From Tubulanus polymorphus (lineage: Eukaryota > Animalia > Nemertea): a DNA stretch of 64,000 nucleotides. The notes under the pieces are model-generated. The model saw nothing but the letters and a program-made list of their open reading frames with translations, did not search any database and was not told where the DNA came from. Each line of letters starts with the position of its first letter. Position 1 is the first letter of the stretch. Shown here one piece after another: positions 12,101 through 21,297 of the stretch. Where the stretch lies: positions 7,812,001-7,876,000 of the forward strand of contig NC_134031.1 of NCBI RefSeq assembly GCF_964204645.1. The letters run 5' to 3'. The position numbers and the translations under genes are program-made.

Positions 12101-15100
12101 TTATGACTGTGAGCCACAGCACCTAGAGTTGCATAATACGCCGAGCGAAATGCGCCTATAGGTGGATCGGTTGAACTAAAATATTTCCCAGATTTCATAC
12201 CCCGTTCTGGAGGGGAAAATGTTCCAGGCCGACATTCACCCCATAATTGCGTATCCAATCGAGCCCATTCTCTCGAAACCGCTGACGATTCCCGTAAAAC
12301 GTTAAGATCGGAGTCCGGAAGGCGATAAGCTTCCATTGACTCACCGACCAGAGGAGCTGCTGTGGGCTTAGCGCGAGTTGCCCCGTGCTTGACAAAGAAC
12401 TCACTTATCATCGCTCTAAATGGCATGTCCCCCGCTGGTTCGGATAAAACTGAACGGGACGGAGATACATTGCGAGCCAGGGGAGCCCCCATCGTCTGGG
12501 GCAACCCACAATTGCTTGCGACAGGAACGACCCCAGAAGGAATTGCCGCTTCTGGGACCGGATCCTCATTGAAATCAGACCCTACCGCAGCATCCAGGAA
12601 TTCAGAGTCAGAATTCCGAAAAACTGAGTGGGCTGGCGAACTTCTAACTGGACAATCAGGAATAGGCTTACCTGTTGTAGAGGTTGCAGCGACTTGTTGC
12701 GACGAAGATAACAAGTTTAAAATTTTCTCCTCGAATACATGGAAATTCTTCTGAGTCAGGTATTTTCCAGTATCCCAATGACCATGCCGACTTCGGTGAC
12801 GGTCCCTCGAACGGGATCGCGACCTACTAGAAGAATCGCTTTCATCGCTAACCGACGTCGACGAACGATGAGAAGACCGACGGCGAAACTTCCGACAATA
12901 ACGATCGTAGTCCCTCTCGCGATCAAACCTTGATCTACGAGAAGGAGATCTTGCTCGTTTATTACGCTCACGGCGTCTAAATCTAGTGGGAGAGCGAGCT
13001 CTATCCCCGGAGCGACGATCAGAATCAGACGATGAACGTACTGGATGTTTTGAACCGGACAACGTCTGGACCGGACTGGCATAATTATCCTGTTACAAAT
13101 CAAAACAATTCAATTCAATCAAATTATATTTGCAAATAAAATTCTTACGGAAAAAAAGAAACCAGGGATAACCCCCAAACCGAACGGACTCACCGTTATG
13201 AGAGTGAAAACTCCCTAATATCCTAATTCCCAGATTTTTACGGCGAAAAAATCCAACGCGTTCTACTGCATGAACGCCAAGAAAAAAGATGGCGGATTTC
13301 GCCGGTGGCTAAATGCAATACCGCAGGGCCGGGTCGTGTAGAAAAACCATTGGCGATCAATCCAAATTTAGAAAATATTGGCAAAAACCATAGGAAAGGG
13401 TACAGTACTCGACGGAAATATGGACTTTGTTCAGGGCTAACAACCTTTGAAAAGTGCTATCAGAAACAAATTGAATTTTTTTCAGTAACATTTCATTGAA
13501 ATATGAAAGAAAATGTTCAAATTAATCAGTAATCAACAGTGAGTAAGACCTTCAGTAACAGTTTTCATATTTCTGTATGCATCAAAAATATAAAATCAGC
13601 ACTTCTTATCATAAAATAGTAACAAATACTGAAAATCAGGAACAGTTGGCAGCTCTGTTTCTTTGATTAGCATTCATTAGCCTAAATGGTCATCTATGTA
13701 TGGATATATTTTTCCACAATCATACCTACTTACTTTCATTTTTGAACCACACAGCAAGAAGCCGGAAGGTCAGAGCACCGCATACAGCCGAGAAAAATCC
13801 TCGCCAGTAATTACGCACAGCAAAATAAGTAGCAGTTACTTCAATACTGAATAATACACCTGTAATCAAATTGTAAAACATTACATAACCCCGTACCTAC
13901 AGAAAGTGTCATAATTTGTGCTCCAAGAGCTAACAGAACATTACTCTCAGGAGCATTCTATAACAGTAGAGCCTTAAAATGTACAAAAAGATGATTTTGG
14001 TAAGCACCGATGACTGCTAGTCGGCCATATTGAATCTGAATCTGAGCCAGTTTTAGGGCTGCCAATGTTTATAGGGTAGTTACACGTAGAAACCAGATAT
14101 CGAGACAATCCATTGAAGCATCTGCCCAAACTGGAATGCGCCTATGAAAAGTGAACGCATTAGCCCGCTGGGACTTAAGTCCCAAGTGGGCTAAAAAGTG
14201 GAAAATTTATTGAATAGAATTCAAATGATGGGAGAAATGGAGCAAAGGACGAAAATGAAGAGGTTTTATTATGATAGACCAAAATCATTATTTGCATATG
14301 TTTTTTGGTGGAATTCTGTGCAACAGATCCCCGTATTTGAAGAAGTTAAAAAAGACCATACAATCAGTGATAGAAAATATGGTTTAGGCCTAGTAGTAAG
14401 CTTACAGAAACAATTGCTGCACAAAATATTCACACTGCCATACATACCTCCAATAGGGGCAGCAAATGTACAAGCGACACCTACAGCACATGCTGCGGCA
14501 AGCATCTCGAAGTGCCTCGATTCATTCTATAAAACAGTTTAAGGCACATTCTCATCAATCTCTTCAATTTAGGTCAATACCATAACCAAGTAAATTGTTT
14601 TCTTACCTCATACATTCCTCTGAATGAGGTGACTAGTTTACTGAGCAATGTTGCAACAATACTCGCAACATGCACGAATGGACCCTAAAAAAATAAACCA
14701 TGAGAACATTTTTTTTAAATTTTTGGGCAGTATTGAAAATATTTTTTCAATTTTTTGCAAAAAAAGCATCAGAAATCTTTTCAAAATCATATATTAGATG
14801 GTTTCTATGTTTAGAATCCTCATAGCATGGATCCTGTTCAATTGTAGGTAAAAATTCCTGGTAAAAAAATCCACAATTCTTCAAAGTAGGTAAAATTCTC
14901 CAATGCTCCACTCATTTTTCAAGAACATTTCAAAGCAAGATTTTTCTCCAATTCTTATTTTCTTATACTACGTGAACCGGCCACAATAATTAGTATGCCC
15001 AGATATTCTTTTGTTATGCTGTACAGTAAAATCTTAATAAATTGACCTTAAGATTGTATCTATTTGCACTCTTGCACTCCAATGGTACTTTGATGAATTA

Positions 15101-18100
15101 GAGATTTTCACCTAAGGGATTTTTACCACGAACCATCTTTTTCAAACTGCCTTTCAAGCATGTCGAGAATCAGGCCATACAAAGTATGTAGGTCTACTTG
15201 ACTTCCTTTATGTAACAGAAAGTATATACATAGTATCAAGGATATTGACAAGTATAGGATCGTTAAGGGACCATTAACCTAAAAATTCCATTACCTGCAT
15301 GATCGTACACCATAGTGCACCATAGTGCAAACTCACAACAACACATTTACCAGTCTTTGGATTAGCTTTCCTTGCCAATGCCCATTTGCTACTTGGTGCT
15401 AAAACTTGATATACCCTAATAAATCACATTTTGTCTCTCTACTGCCAGATCTCTCAGGAAACTAGGAATTAACTTTGTAATGTATCTATCACGAGATAAC
15501 TCGTCCTGGCAAAATACAGTACACCCGCGATGACAAAGTTATCTTGTTACTGGCAGTGAACATATCACAATAAAATTCTCTTTCTACAAACAAGAACTTA
15601 AATTTACTTAACTAACCTCTTTACCCATAGGCATGCCGCTGCCGAGCGATGAAGTCAAGCCGACCATTTTTGATATGAGAGTCCGGAATGTAAGATATTC
15701 TTTTAGCACAACGCCACGCATAATCGTCTTCATCTCGGGAATACCGGAACCGATAGCGTTTGGCGCAACTAAATGAACAAATCCGGCCGAAAATAAGATC
15801 AGCACCAATGGAAACGCGATCCAAGAAAAGAACTGTAGCGACTCCGAAAATCGAACTTCATAGAAAAGCCGACGTTGAGCTGTAAATAAGAACATTTCAA
15901 AAAGTGTTAAAATCAGTCAAACATTTTCAGAAAATCTAACTATTATTTATTGATCATTAGTCTATATTGCCATCTCAATTGAATAGTAGAAATTCATGTA
16001 GGATAGCAGATCTCAAACAGATGCTGTAAATTGGGTATTGAATTCTTCAGAGCCACCTGTCACTGGATACATGCATAAAAACCAATATAGGGCTTGAAGA
16101 AGATTGAACTGATGATGTGGTAACTTTCTTGTAACAGATTGATTTTTACTAGTCTGAAGAATATTCATCATTTACAATTAAATCAACTTCAAGTTAAAAC
16201 TTATCTAGGACTCACAATTCTACTTTAAATGTGGCTGAACACAACAGATGATCACATAGGCCTATAGATGAACATTGCTTTTGAACGTAATTCAAATTTT
16301 ACTAGTTTCTTCCTAATTTCTTTTTTCCAAATAACAAGACGATAGATGATAAAGAATACAATTTTTTTAATCTATAGTTAGATATTAATCTATATGAAAT
16401 TAGAAAATCATGCAGATTATGCCTGCTGTAATGTAACATATGGCTGAAAGTACACAATTATCACCATGAATAAAATCAATCTGATTCATATGGATCTCAC
16501 ACTTACCCATTTGACAGTGAGAAATAGCAAAATCCATGACAAAACTAAGAACAGCCATCAGGACACCTAATATAGCAAGGAATAGCCAATCTTCTCCAAT
16601 TTTACTAATCACAAAATTGCAGCCACCTGAAAAATTACAATAGAAGAAGATTGCGAAAGCAGATACAAGGATCACATCATATCAGAAAAGAACGAAAGGC
16701 TTTCTACGTAAAATAGGGGTGCCCACTACTTGAAGAATTGGTCTGAAATGACAGTTTCAATATTTAATCCCCCTGGTGAATGTATGCAAAAGCAATATAT
16801 TCAATGAGTCGATAAGATACACAATATCCTTGTATGATGAATAAACACAAGAAATCCCACAATAATTAAGCCAAAATGCAAAGTTCTTGAATAAAAATGT
16901 ATAGGCCCTATATATTTGAGTGACAATTCAGCTAGAAGATATTACCCATCATGAGGCGTACTGAATCAGATTTGTAGCTAATATATTCAATATACATGTA
17001 TACAAAATATTCAATTCTTTGCTTCACCAGGAATTTCTACGTGGAGGTTGAAATCAGCAATAACTGGAAAATGAGCATCTAAGGCACGAGTCTATTGGCA
17101 TAGAGGGGTTTGGCTTTTCTTCGTCAATAGACTTATGAATTTTCAGGCCTATCTATTGAACATTTGGACTGATTTTAAGACATTAAGATTTATATGTCAT
17201 TTACTTCTCAGTCAGAAAAATTAATTTAATGACGAGTGCATATAGTCTGTCTATATGTCGAATTATGGTCAAAACGTCCTCCAGTCGAAATGCCCTCGGT
17301 CAAAACGTCCTCGTCTGTATTAGGGGCCTATGTCCTCTCCACACTCAATCAACGGTAGTCGGGAGAGGGCGGCACCTCACGATAGTCACCTTTAGGAACC
17401 TTGATGTTTTAAAAAATCTGAACTTTTCTTTAGATGTATTTAGACCCCTCCTCCGATAGTATGTAATTAGTATGTTGTAAATGACGTTTGTCTTATGTTT
17501 TAAATACTTTTATTTTCTGTTTTTGTAAATATTGATCGACTGCCTCATACGCTATCTATACATTAAAGGTCATATATTTAGCTTATAACTGGGATTTAAC
17601 AGTAGTAATAACTATATGCATTGACGGAATTTATCGTATGATAAAGCTATTCTGGCTTGAGTGAGGACGTTTTGACTGACGAATGTGAGGACGTTTTGAC
17701 CGACAAAAGCGAGGATGTTTTGACCGGGTATGCGAGGACGTTTTGACCCGACACCCTATATGTCAATATTCAACTCCCCTTGTGGTGAAAACAATAGATT
17801 GCATAATCCAGAGAGAATACTTCAGAATACTTTGCAGAGTTCAGAGAGAATACTTCAGAGAATTGAGATGGAGTAGTTTTGTAGTTTTATATCAACTCTA
17901 TAGTAAAGCTATAAACATACAGTGTGTTTTTCAAAGGTTGCACATTTAATGAAACTCACTGCAGTTCATTGTCAAAAGTGATAGTACGTGAGAGATTCAA
18001 CTACAGTATTCGTTATACTATAATAAAGATATTTATACATCAATTTGTACTTAGGCCTATCATCCATAAATAAAAGTTGTTCTGTGTAATCAACAAGACT

Positions 18101-20796
18101 AGCTTATATTAGTAATCGCGAAAGGATAATTGAAAGTCGACCAATTGTGTAATGAAATTTACGTTTTCGTGTTGTTGATAAGTCTGTTTATACCAGATCA
18201 AAAAATAAGTCAATTTTCCACGTCGACAGTTCTATATAAATGAATCAGGGACTTTTCGGCAGAATTAAACATTTCAAATTTACTCCAAAGCGCCTGAAGA
18301 ATGGATGGAAAAAATGAAATGACTTACGCAAACATGTTCGACAATATGATGGACATCTGAGTTTCCACTTTTTGTACATTTGTAGCGACGATGTTTCATC
18401 TTGTTCCCGTTCTCGCTGCAACTGTGCAGCTTGTTCTCTCGCAAATTCACTGAGATCCCGCGTGTAGCGGCCATACATCTATAATTCAAAATCAATCAAC
18501 TTAATCATTGGGCAACTACTCTGTCTGGAGTCCTGTGGGGCTAATCCTACTACACAACAACTAGTCAGTGACTAGGATGCCAAACCAAAAGGATTATTAA
18601 AACCAATCAACCGCATCAATATAGCTTTAGTAGGTTTACCTAATTGTTGATAGATGACACTTAGGCCTATAATCAGATGGGCTTAAATATCATTCAAACA
18701 ATAAATGGTTTGTGAAAATATCTGGTCATGAAATTAAACCGATGGTCAATAAACTCACTTTAGCCTAATAAAATTGTCAATCCCGCCCTCTTAAGGAAAA
18801 TTAGTTTGGATCTTTTTGTTTCAGAAAATCAAAATTGTCAACCCTTTCACAGCCGATGTCGACTCTAGGCCTACCTGTCATAAGTTTTGCATTATTGTAT
18901 GTCACTCATACTTAGATGACTCGTCATATCAACTCATCATCCAAGTATGGCTACAGTAAAACATATGAATCATTCAGAAGGCCTATTAGAGGTTTCTACC
19001 AGGTGGTAGCATTCAGAAAATTCAAGCGAGTGTGGAGAACGGAGTTCGAGAAAATAGCAGCATAGAGCGGGATTCAAACCCGGACCAGCAGATTGCTAGC
19101 CTAGTCTTTCCACTAGACCACCGGGCTCACTCAAAACCACCCGTAAGTTTTCACAACATATAGCCTCACCTTACCCTAACTCTATCCCTGGGGGTAAAAA
19201 CGGACCCTTTCTCTAATCCCAACCCTAACCCTAACTCTCTGGACCCTCTAGACCCTAACCCTATCGAAACCCTAACCCTAAACCCAATATAATGATTTTA
19301 TTTTTATAATCTATTAGTATATCTTATTATATACAGCCATTGGCAAAAAAGCGTTAATGTCGCATTGGCAAAATATCCACCTCCTTTTTTAAAACAAGTT
19401 TCCAGTGGCGTTGGAACTAAAGCGACGAAAGCCATGACAACGATTAACCGAATGACATTTTTTTCTTTCAATACCGGTTTAGGTGATATTAAAATAAATT
19501 TGCAGCAGCAACAGTCATAGGCCTATATTAGAACCTCTTAAAAATGGGCAACTGACCATGGCAATCAAAAATATTACGAAGTGGATTTAACCGTATACTA
19601 CCGCTATTTTACCGTACATTACTACTATATATAGTATTAACTAATAAAAGTAACAATAAAATCATTATATTGGGTTAAGGTTAGGGTTTCGATAGGGTTA
19701 GTGTCGAGAGGGTGAGAAGAGGGTCCGGAGGGTTCCGTTTTACCCATAGGGATAGGATTAGGGTAAGGTGAGGTATTATAGATGGTTAAAACATTCGGGT
19801 GGTTTTCAGCGAGCTCGTTGGTCTAGTGGTATGACGCTGCGCTAGTAATCTACAGGCCCGGGTTCGAGTCTCGCTCTATTCTCTCTACTGTCTGTCACAC
19901 CTGCTCTTCGTGCGACGTTTTGGTCCGTAATTTCATTAATAATCAGTTGATCTGTAAATATTATGCATCAATTTGTTCAGTAAGGAATTTGCATTCAGAA
20001 ATAAATCATGAACTGGCATAAATTTGTTTGTGTTTTCATCTGTCGGCGATAGTTTACCTAGCATACGCTCGCGTAATGCTGAAAAACGGCTTTTATGGAT
20101 CGTCACATGGCGCCACCTACTACTATTTCGATATGCTAATGAGCAGGTGATGACGTCACTGTAACGTTTCCGAGTGTCCGTGGAGTGGATTTTTCAGCAT
20201 TACACGAGCGTATGCTGAGTAAACTATCGCTCATAAATGAAAACAAAAACAACTTTAGTAAAAATTTTTGTTTATTTCTGAATGCAAAGTCCTCACTGAA
20301 CAAATTGATGCGTAACACTGAAGAAATTGATGCGTAGATAAACCGATTATTAACGAAATTGCGGACCAAAACGTCATACGGAGAGCAGGTGTTAGAGACA
20401 GTAACTCTGTTCTCCACACTTTCCTAGAATTCTAGAAGTCGCACACTTCTGTGCGCATGCGCAGCGTAAATCAGCCAATCAGCGATGATGTACGGTAAAA
20501 TAGCGGAAATATATACTCAGCCGTATACGGTAAAATATCCCCTGCGAAAATATTACTGCTAACTAACTAACCCAATTGACTTTGATTTGTTTTTTATTGT
20601 TACCCGATATGACAACACAAAAAACGGGTAAACATTATCAAGTTAAAATGGATAGTTCGTTGGTATAAATGAGGATTGTCGTCTTGAGGAAACTAAGTCC
20701 AAAACAGACTTCTAAAAGTGAGAGATGAGGAAAAATTATACTTACCAAAGTTTGTTCATAGCCGAATTGGCGGTCGTCTTCCTTATTTTCGGTCAT
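126..20796 (-). CDS. CLCN2: Voltage-gated chloride channel, ClC-2-like (spliced; 3' end beyond left edge). Coding exons: 20746-20796, 18328-18478, 16507-16626, 15617-15879, 14607-14684, 14448-14526, 13734-13859, 7645-7729, 7464-7565, 7087-7171, 5246-5398, 5072-5141, 2228-2341, 2055-2152, 1488-1609, 414-547, 126-340
   Basis: All junctions are GT-AG with consistent phases. The spliced protein reads [17 protein letters not shown]|MYGRYTRDL and has the CLC motifs GEDW, GSGIPE, GKE|GP (gating Glu), GGVLFSIEV (Val at the proton-glutamate site, channel type), [19 protein letters not shown] and CBS1 (VEDIM...[16 protein letters not shown]). Confidence 0.95.
600..1160 (-). mobile_element. HINE/Helentron-associated non-autonomous repeat, degenerate copy
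   Basis: Begins with the reverse complement of the family 3' end (tagggatcaagggagaccacgcccacttgggaag) and shares internal blocks with the copies at 26540-27370, 39674-40130 and 50533-50954. Confidence 0.7.
2669..4979. mobile_element. Non-autonomous hAT-like DNA transposon with 6-bp TSD, carrying nested insertions
   Basis: TIRs cagtgttctcca / tggagaacactg; TSD tatggc at 2663-2668 and 4980-4985; subterminal motif (ttctgggggaagggccc...gcgcctttggc) shared with the MITE at 51382-52116. Confidence 0.8.
3320..4802. mobile_element. piggyBac-like MITE nested in the hAT-like element
   Basis: TTAA on both sides (3316-3319, 4803-4806) with imperfect CCCT...AGGG termini (cccttacaatac / gtattgataggg). 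Confidence 0.45.
6240..6536. repeat. Dispersed repeat; inverted copy at about 26137-26430
   Basis: Colinear reverse-complement similarity (ggctaattagcatatcaagg...ccgcggttcacgtgaacacctg). Confidence 0.75.
8067..8163. repeat. DIRS internal complementary region (ICR)
   Basis: The first half is the reverse complement of the left terminus and the second half of the right terminus, fused at ...aaaaattgtaatatttccgtcg... Confidence 0.93.
8422..11349 (-). CDS. DIRS ORF3: tyrosine recombinase with long N-terminal extension overlapping pol
   Basis: 975-aa ORF with a SAM-like N-terminal domain ([12 protein letters not shown]) and catalytic R (SARRSEI), HxxR (SHQVRS), W and Y (TFTSFYLRD). Confidence 0.9.
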   Translation of the reverse strand: MSAAGSNPLVRPLWRRLALPGRLSWLPSPFPKATAPDEVTSRHAAKTRSGGLNLSGSQGTGREGSDRTSLQRNFSRLVFSNIHGTKGHRGSTDSDRSVIPQLAPRHSKVPDDQAQGRDSRAPSGSMGGFIGPERCLLSGSNSPKISAISQDKVERPPVPIQVSSIWPQYGPVGFHQVGQVSSEGTSVKGCSTVRLPRRLVNSREFGSGMSGGNDLSLGPSPSARVPRKQGKISVDASPTVHLSRHGLRSPNRQSLSVYGSSSQTSRSCSGSVHNPENSSLLVTASRLYQLHGSGGALRPPQKQALATILEGLLVSVEGQLGGLDSRTSNRSKSGSSVVGGNYESSARVVTSPVRGSSSCIHGCQSPRMGGTSGEPSQSREMVSLRGHQPHKFPRNAGRVEGPEVLSQESGGPPRLVSHRQFNSEGLPSEPRGHSLRNPHRSVGQNSSLVPDKGRVPDCGTFSREKERDGRCSVSSRSGYCDRMGSPPRSSRSGSGHFWQSAAGSVCHPVQSEVSSVCVPVSRRGSVGGRCLLSGLVGDACVCVPAHTSPAALTGSNREISQLQHSSGSTMLAGSEMVPTTSQPAVRQPQDSSEFPIASVSGELSASSKQPVVKSARLAIVQRSLSASGFSEQAASFIAGSKRPSTSTVYDAKWSHFADWCAAGEIDPCSPSVAQLADFLLHLFVVKGLQVITIKGYRSAISHTLRASGWPNVAGDHRISQLVAGFSISRPRVTRTVPPWDLSVILKKLMEAPFEPLSAASFANLSKKTVFLLFLACSARRSEIHALSVQQGHIVFGPAKEFVSLRPALEFLAKNQRPGSVGCQWRIEALKHRVEPGIPDRTLCPVRVLCFYLDRSASRRGSRERLFIPLLDHLKGDISRDTVARWVSSLIKDILLQENLSSEGVVSHQVRSMATSCAAFSGAPLEEVCRAAFWNSPSTFTSFYLRDVSGQLGSLASLGPVVMAQGVRSFRSDPLV
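9333..11504 (-). pseudogene. DIRS ORF2: reverse transcriptase - RNase H - N6-adenine methyltransferase, one in-frame TAG at 10104-10106
   Basis: RT motifs [13 protein letters not shown] and YLDD; RNase H motifs FTDAS, HINFLE, TDNST and NVMADALSR; MT motifs DLFA and YAFPP. The ORFs at 10104-11504 and 9333-10082 are in the same frame. Confidence 0.9.
11371..13062 (-). CDS. DIRS ORF1 (gag-like), RS-rich N-terminus, no nearby AUG
   Basis: 563-aa ORF upstream of and overlapping pol, inside the ITRs; LxxRQ...LLRAPL...LF block typical of DIRS gag. Confidence 0.8.
   Translation of the reverse strand: MSGSKHPVRSSSDSDRRSGDRARSPTRFRRRERNKRARSPSRRSRFDRERDYDRYCRKFRRRSSHRSSTSVSDESDSSSRSRSRSRDRHRSRHGHWDTGKYLTQKNFHVFEEKILNLLSSSQQVAATSTTGKPIPDCPVRSSPAHSVFRNSDSEFLDAAVGSDFNEDPVPEAAIPSGVVPVASNCGLPQTMGAPLARNVSPSRSVLSEPAGDMPFRAMISEFFVKHGATRAKPTAAPLVGESMEAYRLPDSDLNVLRESSAVSREWARLDTQLWGECRPGTFSPPERGMKSGKYFSSTDPPIGAFRSAYYATLGAVAHSHNCLDADYTLISPDTVTAQSGIRLPKSGLVAMTSILDNLTRVGSFQDMALKLLTGELRETHAAVHAGSDPESVALKLEGMDWIIQSLARSVSHVIPLSVWGQANLVLASRQSVMDSSSKTRLPDMVSNALLRAPLGTSSRLFSGWCAPVSTELRKIPEVQAKSNPRTPWKKHSGPTPAAQGSARTQTGPSQTSALSQAASDAGWRTSAQLQQSCQASPGRNSSGSYRGKGKAPKRGSSFRKNSK
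13980..14197 (-). mobile_element. Short HINE-like copy (5' end)
   Basis: Terminal palindrome tagcccgctgggacttaagtcccaagtgggctaaaaa. Confidence 0.65.
17260..17755. mobile_element. MITE with 9-bp TSD (Mutator-like) and subterminal ggtcaaaacgtcctc repeats
   Basis: ctatatgtc at 17251-17259 and 17756-17764; inverted arrays of the 15-mer at both ends. Confidence 0.75.
19000..19385 (-). mobile_element. Partial copy of a telomere-repeat + tRNA-like element
   Basis: (CCCTAA)n-like tract plus reverse-complement A/B boxes; inverted homologue of 19650-19880; a third copy lies at about 21835-22160. Confidence 0.65.
19577..20546 (+). mobile_element. Non-autonomous Mutator-like element (9-bp TSD) carrying TTAGGG repeats and a tRNA-Pro-like cassette
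   Basis: TSD aaaatatta at 19568-19576 and 20547-20555; imperfect TIRs (ccgctattttaccgtacat / atgtacggtaaaatagcgg); internal gctcgttggtctagtggtatga...cccgggttcgagtc. Confidence 0.75.
19886..20403. mobile_element. Long-TIR MITE nested in the preceding element (TA flanks)
   Basis: Inverted arms of more than 100 bp, tactgtctgtcacacctgctc... / ...gagcaggtgttagagacagta; it interrupts a sequence that is contiguous in the 19000-19385 copy. Confidence 0.7.
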
Positions 20797-21297
20797 TTTT
20801 TACTTGTTTACTAACAGCTAATAATACGTGTGCTTAAAATGTCCTCGAGTACTTCCTGGCCGTTAGATAGACGTTAAATTGAACAAAATTGAACTTTAGA
20901 TGGATCTTTCATGATGCGCAGACTTGCTATTTTGCCAATGACTTGTTCGAGTCACTTGTTCTGCATTGACAGATGCTCGTCAGTACAACATTAATAAATT
21001 ACTGAAACAAAATACTCCGCGGTTCAACGTTTGACTATCATTTATGGATTAAGATTCATATTCATAGCAAATTCGATAATTCAAATAGTTTGTTTATCAT
21101 AATTCTATTATTTTCTATAATATCTTATAATGATTCTTCCGAAAAAAGAGCGTAATATATTTTGTCGATTCGTAAAAAAAGTTCTTATCCAAGCTCGGAA
21201 TTTCCACCGCTATGTGACCTAGTTTGTGTCTACATTGGGAAACCCTCGTACTATTTTGCTGTTCATGTTCAGGCTTATTGCCGATTAAAACGAGAAA
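20797..21297. promoter_or_regulatory. Putative bidirectional promoter region
   Basis: About 500 bp between the divergent start codons of CLCN2 (20796) and the uncharacterised gene (21298). Inferred from geometry only. Confidence 0.5.

Larger units (their letters stand above)
7847..13421 (-). mobile_element. Full-length DIRS1-type tyrosine-recombinase retrotransposon in CLCN2 intron 7
   Basis: Inverted terminal repeats 7847-8009 and 13283-13421; internal complementary region 8067-8163 joining both termini; gag, RT-RNaseH-MT and YR ORFs in DIRS1 order. Confidence 0.95.

Noticed and set aside
19140-19780. True telomere or chromosome fusion site (inverted CCCTAA/TTAGGG tracts)
   Set aside because: The tracts are short, degenerate and internal to two inverted TE copies within an intron.
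19811-19880. Functional tRNA-Pro gene
   Set aside because: The acceptor and anticodon stems do not pair; it is part of a repeat family.
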